DNA of 32,000 nt from Alkalithermobacter thermoalcaliphilus JW-YL-7 = DSM 7308 (GCF_001584565.1 NZ_LSFY01000001.1:1650421-1682420); one strand, 5' to 3'. Counted from the stretch's first letter, positions 7,817 through 16,125 are shown. The notes: generated by a model from the sequence alone, not told the origin. Program-made: numbers and translations.

Positions 7817-7845
7817 CAAAAAAATAAAGAGGCAAGGCCTCTTTA
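7817..7845 (-). terminator. Rho-independent terminator after tatD
   Basis: AAAGAGGC / GCCTCTTT stem (7826-7833 / 7837-7844) followed by a U-run on the minus strand (7817-7825). Confidence 0.8.
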
Positions 7846-7847
7846 TT

Positions 7848-8612
7848 TTATATATTAAAAAGTATCTTTGCATTTTTTGTTGTAATTTCACATACTTTCT
7901 CATACGAAATACCTTTTTCTATTGCTATCTTTTCTGCAATATATCTTACATAAGATGGATCATTTCTTTTTCCTCTATGAGGATGGGGTGCTAAGTACGG
8001 GCAGTCCGTTTCTATAAGTAAATATTCTAGTGGTATTTTTTTTATTACTTCAACAGTCTTTACATTATTTTTAAAAGTTACAGGACCTGCTATTGATATA
8101 AAGCATCCCATTTTTACATACTCTTTTGCAAGTTCTAAGCTTCCTGAGTAGCAATGTAAAACACATCCTATATCTTTGCTCTTTGTGGTTTTTATAATAT
8201 CAAATGTATCTTTGTGAGCATCTCTATCGTGAACTATTATAGGAAGTTTAACTTCATTTGCTAGCTGTATTTGTCTTTCAAACCATCTTTTTTGAATTTC
8301 TCTAGGAGAGTTTTCATAATAATAATCAAGTCCAATCTCTCCTATTGCTACTACTTTTTCATGTTTTGAAAGTGTCTTTAATAAATTTATAGTATCTTCA
8401 TTCATATCTTTTACATCGTGGGGATGTACTCCCACAGATGCATATATAAAATCATATTTTTCAGAAAGATGTATACTTCTTTTAGATGATGCTATATCAG
8501 CTCCTGCATTTAAGACATATTTTACATTCTCACTTTTTATTTTTTTTATAACCTCATCTCTATCTTCATCAAATCTTTCATCATCTAAATGTGCATGACT
8601 GTCAAAAAGCAT
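7848..8612 (-). CDS. tatD: TatD-family metal-dependent DNase/hydrolase (YabD)
   Basis: 254 aa. MLFDSHAHLDD...GEIGLDYYY...HDRDAH...HCYSG...ETDCPYL is the full TatD motif set. There is an 11-nt gap after metG. Confidence 0.95.
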   Translation of the reverse strand: MLFDSHAHLDDERFDEDRDEVIKKIKSENVKYVLNAGADIASSKRSIHLSEKYDFIYASVGVHPHDVKDMNEDTINLLKTLSKHEKVVAIGEIGLDYYYENSPREIQKRWFERQIQLANEVKLPIIVHDRDAHKDTFDIIKTTKSKDIGCVLHCYSGSLELAKEYVKMGCFISIAGPVTFKNNVKTVEVIKKIPLEYLLIETDCPYLAPHPHRGKRNDPSYVRYIAEKIAIEKGISYEKVCEITTKNAKILFNI

Positions 8613-8623
8613 TTTTTCCTCCT

Positions 8624-10561
8624 TTAACGTACTTCTACCCCTGAAGGCATATTCTCAACCGTAGGAAGAACTAATTTTTCATCATCATCAGTAGCAGCTG
8701 CTAATATCATTCCTTGAGACTCTACTCCTCTTAGTTTAACAGGTTTTAAATTGCATACAACTAAAACATTTTTTCCTACTAACTCTTCAGGTTTATAGTA
8801 TTTTGCTATACCAGAAACTATTTGTCTTTTCTCACTTCCAAGCTCAAGTTGAATAACTAATAATTTATCTGCTTTAGGATGCTTTTGAGCTTGTAATACT
8901 TTTCCTACTCTTATTTCTACTTTATCAAATTCATCTATTGTTATTGCTTCTTTGTGATTTAGAGGCTTTACTTGCTCTTTGTTTTCAAACATTTTTTCCA
9001 TCTCCTCAAGTTCCTTTTCTATATCTATTCTAGGGAATAGTGGATCTGATTTTTTTACCTTTGTTTCTTGTTTTATTTTTCCAAACTCTTTTATACTATC
9101 CCAAGTTAATATTTCTTTATCATTTTCTATTCCAAGTTGAGAGTATATCTTTTTAGAAGTTAACTCCATAAAAGGAGTAAGTGCAACTGCAATTATTCTT
9201 ATACTCTCACAAAGATTGTAAAGAACTGTATCTAGTTCATCACTTTTTTCCTCATCTTTTGCTATAACCCAAGGCATAGTTTCATCTATATATTTATTAC
9301 TTCTTCTTACAAGCTTCCATATTTCTTCTAAAGCTTCACTAAAGTTTAACTTATCCATATTTTCTTCTACTTTTTTGTGTAGATTTTCTCCTATTTCCCT
9401 AACCTGACTGTGAACACCTTCAAATAATTTTGCTGAAGGAATATTGCCTTGTCTGTATTTTTCAACCATAGCTACTGTTCTACTAACTAAGTTTCCTAGG
9501 TCATTACATAAATTTGAATTTATTCTGTTTAAAAAGTTTCTATTTGTATAACTTCCATCTTGTCCAAATGTAAACTCTCTAAGAAGGAAATACTTAAGCG
9601 CATCTATACCATATCTTTCTATAAGTGGCTGTGGATAAACTATATTTCCTTTAGATTTTGACATTTTGTCATCTGCAAATAAAATCCAACCGTGTCCAAA
9701 TATTTGTTTTGGAAGTGGTATTTCTAAAGCCATAAGTATCGCAGGCCATATTATACTATGGAATCTAACTATTTCTTTTCCTACTATGTGAACATTAGCT
9801 GGCCAAAATTTCTCATATTCTGATTGGTCATCAGTTAAATATCCTAAAGCAGTTATATAGTTACATACTGCATCAAACCAAACGTATATAACGTGTTTTT
9901 CATCAAACGGAACCTTAATTCCCCAGTCAAAAGTTGTACGTGAAACACAAAGGTCTTCAAGTCCAGCTTTTAAAAAGTTATTTAACATTTCATTTTTTCT
10001 ACTTTCTGGATAACAAAACATTGGGTTTTCTTCAAAATGTTTTATTAAAGCATCTTGGTATTTAGATAACTTAAAAAAGTATGCTTCTTCTTTAGCTATT
10101 TTAGCTTCTCTATTACAATCAGGACATTTATTTCCTTCTAAAAGCTGAGTTTCTGTCCAAAAGCTTTCACAAGGAGTACAATACCATCCTTCATATTCAC
10201 TTTTATATATATCTCCTTTTTCATATAAAATTGTAAATATTTTTTGCACTATTTTTTTGTGTCTATCTTCCGTAGTTCTTATAAAATCATCATAAGATAT
10301 ATCCATTGTCTTCCATAATTTTTTTATATCCTCAACTATATCATCTAGGTATTCTTTAGGAGATAATCCTTTTTCTATAGCTGTTTTTTGAATTTTTTCT
10401 CCATGTTCATCTGTTCCTGTTAAAAATTTTACATCATATCCTGTAAATCTTTTAAATCTAGCTATAGCATCTGCTGCTACTGTTGTATATGTATGTCCTA
10501 TATGAAGCTTTCCACTTGGATAATAAATAGGAGTTGTTACATAAAATGTTTTATTTTTCAT
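8624..10561 (-). CDS. metG: Methionine--tRNA ligase with C-terminal tRNA-binding (Trbp111/EMAP-like) domain
   Basis: 645 aa. HIGH motif (KLHIGHTYT), KMSKS motif (DKMSKSKGN), zinc knuckle CxxC...CPDC, and a C-terminal VEIRVGKV...KLLV...VCNLKPVKLRGVESQGMILAA. Confidence 0.97.
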   Translation of the reverse strand: MKNKTFYVTTPIYYPSGKLHIGHTYTTVAADAIARFKRFTGYDVKFLTGTDEHGEKIQKTAIEKGLSPKEYLDDIVEDIKKLWKTMDISYDDFIRTTEDRHKKIVQKIFTILYEKGDIYKSEYEGWYCTPCESFWTETQLLEGNKCPDCNREAKIAKEEAYFFKLSKYQDALIKHFEENPMFCYPESRKNEMLNNFLKAGLEDLCVSRTTFDWGIKVPFDEKHVIYVWFDAVCNYITALGYLTDDQSEYEKFWPANVHIVGKEIVRFHSIIWPAILMALEIPLPKQIFGHGWILFADDKMSKSKGNIVYPQPLIERYGIDALKYFLLREFTFGQDGSYTNRNFLNRINSNLCNDLGNLVSRTVAMVEKYRQGNIPSAKLFEGVHSQVREIGENLHKKVEENMDKLNFSEALEEIWKLVRRSNKYIDETMPWVIAKDEEKSDELDTVLYNLCESIRIIAVALTPFMELTSKKIYSQLGIENDKEILTWDSIKEFGKIKQETKVKKSDPLFPRIDIEKELEEMEKMFENKEQVKPLNHKEAITIDEFDKVEIRVGKVLQAQKHPKADKLLVIQLELGSEKRQIVSGIAKYYKPEELVGKNVLVVCNLKPVKLRGVESQGMILAAATDDDEKLVLPTVENMPSGVEVR

Positions 10562-10589
10562 AAATTTTCCTCCTTCATTTTATATTTAA

Positions 10590-10838
10590 GCAAAAAAACT
10601 CACCCCTAAATTTAGGGGTGAGTTTATCTCACGGTACCACCCTAGTTTTTACTCTAGTAGGCTATAACGTGCCTTTACGTTCCATCTTACTTAGTTTCAG
10701 ATGAAAGGCTCAAGGGCCATGTTCAATAAAGCTTTCAACGCTAGCTTTCACCCACCCTAGCTCTCTATTAGAAGAAAACTTTATCTACTCTTCCTTTCAA
10801 CGCCTTTAACTTATTTTTGAATGTTTACTTTTATTTTT
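10590..10838 (-). promoter_or_regulatory. T-box riboswitch leader with AUG (Met) specifier, controlling metG
   Basis: The minus strand shows GAAGAGUA and AGAGAG...GGUGGGUGAAAGC stem-I elements. The specifier context is GAAC-AUG-G (codon at 10708-10710). The T-box sequence AACUAGGGUGGUACCGUG lies at 10630-10647. A terminator AAACUCACCCCUAAA/UUUAGGGGUGAGUUU plus U-run lies at 10592-10625, about 30 nt before the metG SD. Confidence 0.88.
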
Positions 10839-10844
10839 AGCAAA

Positions 10845-10873
10845 ATTCTATATAATTATTCCTTTTATGTCAA
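10845..10873 (-). promoter_or_regulatory. Sigma-A promoter for the metG T-box leader
   Basis: Minus strand reads TTGACA (10868-10873), a 17-nt spacer, then TAGAAT (10845-10850). Confidence 0.6.
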
Positions 10874-10934
10874 GTATTACTTGTTTTATTTTACCTTTTT
10901 AATATAAAACTAAATGTAAAGGCAGGTGAAATTT

Positions 10935-11648
10935 ATGAATTTGATAGAAAAAGCATATTCTAAAGCTTTACAAGTATATTTTTCTATTATTAATCCTTTA
11001 AAAAAGAAAGTAATAAATACCCACTGCAAAGTTCATAAGTTTATAAATGCTCAGGCATTAAAAATTTTAAGAAATGATAAATATATAGATGAATTTAACT
11101 TTTTTTGCAATTATATAACTGCAATTAATGATGGAACTGTTTGGGCAGATCAAGATTTTAAAAGTAATGGTCATTTTTATAGTGTTAAAACTAAAAAAGG
11201 TCTTTATGGTGGGTATAGTGCTATGAATTTAGCTAAAGAATATTACGAAAATGCTCTTAAATTTTGGAATATAAGCGATGAATATAATTCTTTATTTTAC
11301 TTAGGAGCATGTATTCACATAATTCAAGATATGACTATACCACAACACGCTAATGTTAAGCTTTTAGATAACCATAGACAATACGAAAATTTCGTTAAAA
11401 AAACTTATAGGTATATACAAGATTTTAAATGTGATAAAGGAGCTTATCTTCTAGATTCAGTAGATGAATACATAAGGTTTAATGCAAGAGTTGCTATGAA
11501 GATATATAGAAAGTTTAAATATATAAAGGAAGATAATGAAAGATTTTATAGAATATCAAGATGTACAGTTCCACTAGCTGAAAGGACTTCCGCAGGAGCT
11601 ATGATTATGTTTTTTAAAGATATAACAAAATCTTCTTTGAAAAATTAA
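10935..11648 (+). CDS. Zinc-dependent phospholipase C-fold family protein, no signal peptide
   Basis: HKFINAQAL...WADQD...GHFY...LGACIHIIQDMTIPQHAN matches the Zn-ligand pattern of the bacterial PLC zinc-binding domain. The ATG at 10935 follows AGGCAGGTGA. The track's GTG at 10926 is unlikely to be the start. Confidence 0.7.
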   Translation: MNLIEKAYSKALQVYFSIINPLKKKVINTHCKVHKFINAQALKILRNDKYIDEFNFFCNYITAINDGTVWADQDFKSNGHFYSVKTKKGLYGGYSAMNLAKEYYENALKFWNISDEYNSLFYLGACIHIIQDMTIPQHANVKLLDNHRQYENFVKKTYRYIQDFKCDKGAYLLDSVDEYIRFNARVAMKIYRKFKYIKEDNERFYRISRCTVPLAERTSAGAMIMFFKDITKSSLKN

Positions 11649-11703
11649 TAAAAAAGACTTTGCTCTAACACATGATGGAAATTATCACTTTCTCACAATT
11701 TAT

Positions 11704-11731
11704 AAAAAAAACTCCATTAAGGAGTTTTTTT
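11704..11731. terminator. Bidirectional terminator between the PLC-like gene and a small ORF
   Basis: AAAAACTCC-ATTAA-GGAGTTTTT, with A/T runs on both sides. Confidence 0.8.
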
Positions 11732-11919
11732 TATTTCTCGTATTGCTTTCTTATTGATATTACTTTTTTTCCTTTTTGTTTTCCATGTTGAATAACATTT
11801 TCTTCTTTATCTATGTCATATGCTCCAAGCTCTTTTGCAAATTCTAAATTTCTTTCATTGCTTCTTAGCTTTGCTACTTTTTCTATTCTTGTTTGTTTAT
11901 TTTTATTTTTCTTTGCCAC
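11731..11919 (-). CDS. Small lysine-rich hydrophilic protein, possibly a YfhD-like forespore protein
   Basis: The likely start is GTG at 11917-11919, 9 nt after AGGAG, giving VAKKNKNKQTRIEKVAKLRSNERNLEFAKELGAYDID... (62 aa). The track extends it to 11970. The EFAxEL core resembles the YfhD family as I remember it. The gene has its own terminator. Confidence 0.45.
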   Translation of the reverse strand: MAKKNKNKQTRIEKVAKLRSNERNLEFAKELGAYDIDKEENVIQHGKQKGKKVISIRKQYEK

Positions 11920-12000
11920 TTTAACACACTCCTTTTTTATAATTTCATTTTTATTTTTTGAAGAAAGCAAAATTAAATTCTATGTAAATTTTGCATAAGA

Positions 12001-12027
12001 ATAGGCAAAGGTTTTCCCTTTGCCTAT
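12001..12027 (-). terminator. Terminator-like hairpin after the 56-aa ORF
   Basis: ATAGGCAAAGG / CCTTTGCCTAT 11-bp stem with a 5-nt loop, overlapping the stop codon. The trailing U-tract is weak. Confidence 0.5.
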
Positions 12028-12194
12028 TTTCCCATTCTCTCTGTTACTCCTTGTTTGTAAAAGTTTCCATTTTGTTTGTTGTTTTCTCTATAAGAAAATA
12101 TGTTTTCTTCACTTATATCAAAATCTTGTGCCATTTCTGTTTTTAAGTCCATATTTTTAGCTTCTTTTGAAATTTTTTTATCCTTTGTATCCAT
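12024..12194 (-). CDS. Unlisted 56-aa hydrophilic ORF (below the track's length cutoff)
   Basis: GAGGGATG-tgt-ATG start context. My translation is MDTKDKKISKEAKNMDLKTEMAQDFDISEENIFSYRENNKQNGNFYKQGVTERMGK, with TAG at 12024-12026. A hairpin follows. The plus-strand 91-aa ORF at 12167-12442 is a hydrophobic shadow. Confidence 0.45.
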   Translation of the reverse strand: MDTKDKKISKEAKNMDLKTEMAQDFDISEENIFSYRENNKQNGNFYKQGVTERMGK

Positions 12195-12291
12195 ACACAT
12201 CCCTCTTTTCTTTTATTATCATATTTATTATTTCAGTATTTTTAATATTAATTCTGTGTAAGGTATGGATAAAGTGTAATTTATTAGATAC

Positions 12292-12486
12292 TTATCTTAT
12301 AAGTTCTAAACTTTTATACACTTTGCTTTCTAGTATTTCTTCTTCATTAAAGTTTTTTAATAGAAAATCTATCTCAAGTGCTAGTGATGTCATTGCTAAT
12401 TCTCTTTCATCAGTTGTTATTATTCCCATATTTAATAAATAATTCATAGCCTCAACAGCGTAAGCTTTTATTATATTATTTTTCAT
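12292..12486 (-). CDS. 64-aa helical hypothetical protein
   Basis: Good SD (CAGGAGGGATATGT-ATG). Predicted helix-turn-helix-like hairpin MKNNIIKAYAVEAMNYLLNMGIITTDERELAMTSLALEIDFLL. The family is unknown. Confidence 0.55.
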   Translation of the reverse strand: MKNNIIKAYAVEAMNYLLNMGIITTDERELAMTSLALEIDFLLKNFNEEEILESKVYKSLELIR

Positions 12487-12723
12487 ACATATCCCTCCTG
12501 AAAATTATCTGAAAATTGATTTTTTTATATTTATATGCATCAAAAATTGCTTTTGTACGTATTGATATAAAACAGACGCTTCACAAAGTCTAGTATTTTA
12601 AAACTATACAGAGCTTAAGATGTTCATTGTACTGCATAGTTTTTAATTTAACATATTTATTTTTGAATAATTTTTTTTTATTTTTTCATTTTCAGGAGGA
12701 ATAGTATATATTTTTTAACATAG

Positions 12724-13245
12724 TTATCTAAAAACAATACTACATATAAATATAGATGCAAGCACCCCTGCCATATGACTTACAAGTGCACAAAATAATG
12801 TGTATCTTATATTTTTTATTTTTAAACTCCCATAATATATTGCCATAGTATAAAATATAGTCTCTGAAGATCCTAAGATAGTTGCTGCCATTCTTTCTGT
12901 TACTGTATCTATTCCAACTCTTCCTATTATATCTTTGTATAAAGCTAAAGATCCACTTCCAGATAATGGCTTTACTATAACTAGTGATATTAACTCTCTT
13001 GGTATATTAAATATTCTAAGTATTGGATATAAAATCGCCTCTAGAATTTCCATCCCATAGCCTTCTTTAAATATTCCAAGTGCTAAAAATATTCCTATTA
13101 GATATGGAGCTATTTTGTAGGCTGTTTTTATTCCTTCATATGCTCCTTTAACAAAACTATCATAAACATCTATTCCTTTATATTTTCCATATATTATTAT
13201 TATTAATATAATTAATGGAATTACTGTATTAGAAAATGTATTCAA
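12724..13245 (-). CDS. spmB: Spore maturation protein B
   Basis: 173-aa polytopic membrane protein. TTG start 1 nt after the spmA stop, with AAGGAG upstream. The nucleoside-recognition-domain half partners SpmA. Confidence 0.85.
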   Translation of the reverse strand: MNTFSNTVIPLIILIIIIYGKYKGIDVYDSFVKGAYEGIKTAYKIAPYLIGIFLALGIFKEGYGMEILEAILYPILRIFNIPRELISLVIVKPLSGSGSLALYKDIIGRVGIDTVTERMAATILGSSETIFYTMAIYYGSLKIKNIRYTLFCALVSHMAGVLASIFICSIVFR

Positions 13246-13246
13246 A

Positions 13247-13819
13247 TCAACTGCTCCTTTCCATTAGTTTACAAGATACTATACCAACTAGTGTTGATAT
13301 AGCTGTTGCAAACAATGTAGTAAAAATTATTTCACTTGGATTTACAGACCCTTCATCTAGTCTTATCTTTAAAACTGTTATAGGAACTAGTTGTATTGAT
13401 GACATATTTATAACTAAAAACATTATCATATCACTTGATGCACTAGTTTTGTTAGGATTTATCTGTTGCATTTTTTCCATAGCTTTAAGCCCAAAAGCAG
13501 TAGCTCCATTAGATGCTCCAAGCATATTTAATGACATATTCATTAATATGTAAGAAACTGCTTCTTTTGATTTTACTATATTTGGAAACAAGAACTTTAT
13601 AACTGGTTCAAGCCATTTTCCTATCAAGTCTACAAGGCCAGATTCTTTTGCTATATTCATAATTCCCATCCAAAGGGCCATAATCCCTATAAGACTTATA
13701 GTAAAATCTACCCCTTTTGCACTTTCAGTTATTATTACTTTATTTAGTTCTTGTAATCTTGAAAATATAAAACTGTTTATTATTCCTATACATATCATAT
13801 AAATCCATATTTTATTCAT
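13247..13819 (-). CDS. spmA: Spore maturation protein A
   Basis: 190 aa. It appears collinear with B. subtilis SpmA as I remember it (WMGIMNIAKESGL, FPNI, NMSLNMLGASNGATAFGLKAMEKMQ, MIMFLVINMSSIQLVP). Confidence 0.85.
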   Translation of the reverse strand: MNKIWIYMICIGIINSFIFSRLQELNKVIITESAKGVDFTISLIGIMALWMGIMNIAKESGLVDLIGKWLEPVIKFLFPNIVKSKEAVSYILMNMSLNMLGASNGATAFGLKAMEKMQQINPNKTSASSDMIMFLVINMSSIQLVPITVLKIRLDEGSVNPSEIIFTTLFATAISTLVGIVSCKLMERSS

Positions 13820-13853
13820 AAAAAAAACCTCCTCATGTAATCTTATGAGGAGG
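13820..13853 (-). terminator. Terminator-like hairpin whose 3' arm is the spmA Shine-Dalgarno sequence
   Basis: CCTCCTCAT (13828-13836) / ATGAGGAGG (13845-13853). The minus-strand RNA reads CCUCCUCAU-loop-AUGAGGAGG-UUUUUUUU-AUG(spmA). Confidence 0.6.
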
Positions 13854-13862
13854 CCATAATTT

Positions 13863-14501
13863 TTATTTTATTTTTTTAATGTATCCTATTATGTCTTTGA
13901 AATTTTCATATTCATAAAATTTTATGTCTTTACCTTTTAAATACTGAGCAAGTTCTCCTTTTGCAAATATGTAATCTCCAAGCTTTGATGCACACCTATC
14001 TGAATATCCATCACCTATGTATATTATTTTTTTGTTGTCTATATTTATATTTTCTATTATGTTTTTTTTGCAATTCCCACACTTTGTGCACTCATCGTTT
14101 TTATTAGGAAAAATTCCAATTATTTTATCGTTGTCAAATTTTAATATGTTTGAAAATGTCATTATTCCATTAATTTCATTTTCCTCAAGAATGTTATCTA
14201 TATTAAAGTCAAATCCATCACTAAGTATGTAAAATTCTAGACTATTTTTTCTTATATAGTCTATAAAGTCTTTAAAGTATGGGTCTATTTTTATAGATCT
14301 TATATATTCTTTTAGTTTTTGCTCATTTACATCTAGCATATCTAATATTTTTTGACTTATATACTGTGCATCATGCTTTCCTTCTATCCACATTTTTTCA
14401 AGCTGATCATAGTTTCCCTTAGCAAACTTTTTGGCCATAGCAACGCATGTATCTTCAGTTGTTATGGTTCCATCAAAGTCACAAATTACTATATATTCCA
14501 C
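13863..14501 (-). CDS. HAD-IB family phosphatase, MtnX-like
   Basis: 212 aa. DFDGTIT motif I, SDG motif II, GDGYSD motif IV, and the CTKCGNCK cysteine cluster seen in MtnX-type enzymes. Confidence 0.75.
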   Translation of the reverse strand: MEYIVICDFDGTITTEDTCVAMAKKFAKGNYDQLEKMWIEGKHDAQYISQKILDMLDVNEQKLKEYIRSIKIDPYFKDFIDYIRKNSLEFYILSDGFDFNIDNILEENEINGIMTFSNILKFDNDKIIGIFPNKNDECTKCGNCKKNIIENINIDNKKIIYIGDGYSDRCASKLGDYIFAKGELAQYLKGKDIKFYEYENFKDIIGYIKKIK

Positions 14502-14633
14502 AATACCACCCCTGTCTACTTAGAGAAAAAATAACAATCTCATTTTTTGAATTATTTGTGGTATTATATATATTATCATAAACTTACTAAATTTTTCATC
14601 AAAAATATTAATATTATTAAAAGGATGGTAGCT

Positions 14634-16064
14634 ATGAGAAACTTAACACTACTTACAGACCTTTATCAACTTACAATGATGAATGGATATTTTAAAGAAA
14701 ATGTACATGACGATATAGTTGTATTTGATATGTTCTTTAGAAAAAACCCTTCAAATGGTGGCTATACTATTGTCTGTGGTATAGAACAGCTTGTAGAATA
14801 TATAAACAATTTAAAGTTTGAAGATGATGATATTTCTTACCTTAAGTCATTAAATATGTTTGATGATACTTTTTTAGAATTTTTGAGAGAATTTAAATTT
14901 ACAGGAGATATATATGCTGTTGAGGAAGGAACAGTTATGTTCCCTAATGAACCTGTTATAAGGGTTAAATCTCCTTTATACCAAGCTCAACTTATAGAAA
15001 CTACTTTGCTTAATATAGTTAATTTTCAGTCTTTAATAGCCACAAAGGCTTCTCGCGTTTGCTTTGCTGCTGGATCTGATCCTGTTTTAGAGTTTGGACT
15101 AAGAAGGGCACAAGGACCTGATGCTGGTATTTATGGCGCAAGAGCTGCTGTAATAGGTGGATGTAGTGGTACTGCAAATGTTCTTGCTGGTAAAATGTTT
15201 AATATTCCTGTTATTGGGACTCACGCTCATAGCTGGGTTCAAAAGTTTGATTCTGAACTTGAAGCATTTAAAGCTTATGCTAATACATATCCTAATAAAA
15301 CTTTGCTTTTAGTTGATACTTACGATGTATTAAATAGTGGTATGCCAAATGCTATAAAAGTGTTTAAACAACTTAAAGATAAAGGATTTAAGCCTTTAGG
15401 TGTGAGAATAGATTCAGGAGATATGGAATACCTTTCAAAAGAAATAAGATCTATGCTAGATGAAGCAGGATTTTATGATGCATCTATTGTAGCTTCAAAT
15501 GATCTTGATGAGTATAAAATACTTGAACTTAAATCTTCAGGAGCTAAAATAAACAGTTGGGGCGTTGGAACAAAACTTATAACTTCTAGTGATTGTCCTG
15601 CACTTGGAGGAGTTTATAAATTATGTGCTGTTGAAGAAAATAATAAGTTAATTCCTAAAATAAAAATATCTGAAGATCCTGAAAAAATTACAAATCCAGG
15701 ATTTAAAAATGTTGTTAGAATATACAACAAATATAATAAAGCAGAAGCTGACCTTATCATCCTTGAGGATGAAGTAATAGATGAATCAAAAGAACTTACT
15801 ATATTCCATCCTATATATACTTGGAAGAAAAAAACATTCAAAAACTTTACAGCAAAAAGACTTCTTAAGCCTTTATTTATAAATGGTAAATGTGTTTATG
15901 AAAAACAAGATATAATGAAAATAAGACAATTTGTAAAAGATGAACTAGATACTTTATGGCCACAATACAGAAGAATAACTTCTCCTGAAGAATATAAAGT
16001 AGACCTTTCCGAAAAACTTTGGACACTTAAAAATAACATGATAAATGAAATGAGAAAAAAATAA
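14634..16064 (+). CDS. pncB: Nicotinate phosphoribosyltransferase
   Basis: MRNLTLLTDLYQLTMMNGYF is the canonical N-terminus, at an ATG 6 nt after AAGGATGG. Also GTHAHSW and VRIDSGD motifs. The track's 29-aa upstream extension (from 14547) is Y/I/K junk without an SD. Confidence 0.9.
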   Translation: MRNLTLLTDLYQLTMMNGYFKENVHDDIVVFDMFFRKNPSNGGYTIVCGIEQLVEYINNLKFEDDDISYLKSLNMFDDTFLEFLREFKFTGDIYAVEEGTVMFPNEPVIRVKSPLYQAQLIETTLLNIVNFQSLIATKASRVCFAAGSDPVLEFGLRRAQGPDAGIYGARAAVIGGCSGTANVLAGKMFNIPVIGTHAHSWVQKFDSELEAFKAYANTYPNKTLLLVDTYDVLNSGMPNAIKVFKQLKDKGFKPLGVRIDSGDMEYLSKEIRSMLDEAGFYDASIVASNDLDEYKILELKSSGAKINSWGVGTKLITSSDCPALGGVYKLCAVEENNKLIPKIKISEDPEKITNPGFKNVVRIYNKYNKAEADLIILEDEVIDESKELTIFHPIYTWKKKTFKNFTAKRLLKPLFINGKCVYEKQDIMKIRQFVKDELDTLWPQYRRITSPEEYKVDLSEKLWTLKNNMINEMRKK

Positions 16065-16125
16065 GAACCTACAGTCACATATTTTTATAAATTATATTCA
16101 ATACTATTATCTAGGAGGTGCTTTT

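Noticed and set aside
12292-12486. Assigning the 64-aa helical protein to the Spo0E-like aspartyl-phosphate phosphatase family, on the basis of SLALEIDFLL resembling SQELDxLI.
   Set aside because: The resemblance is a single loose motif in a short helical protein. That is not enough for a call without a profile search.
14547-14633. The track's 29-codon N-terminal extension of pncB (MNYLWYYIYYHKLTKFFIKNINIIKRMVA).
   Set aside because: It has no SD and a non-ATG start. The canonical PncB N-terminus MRNLTLLTDLYQLTMM begins at the ATG at 14634, right after AAGGATGG.
16065-16125. A forespore (sigma-G/F type) promoter for sspH: CACATA-17 nt-CAATACTA.
   Set aside because: It only approximates the GnATA / CATAnTA consensus as I recall it. 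It is plausible given the gene, but too degenerate to report as a feature without a matrix score.
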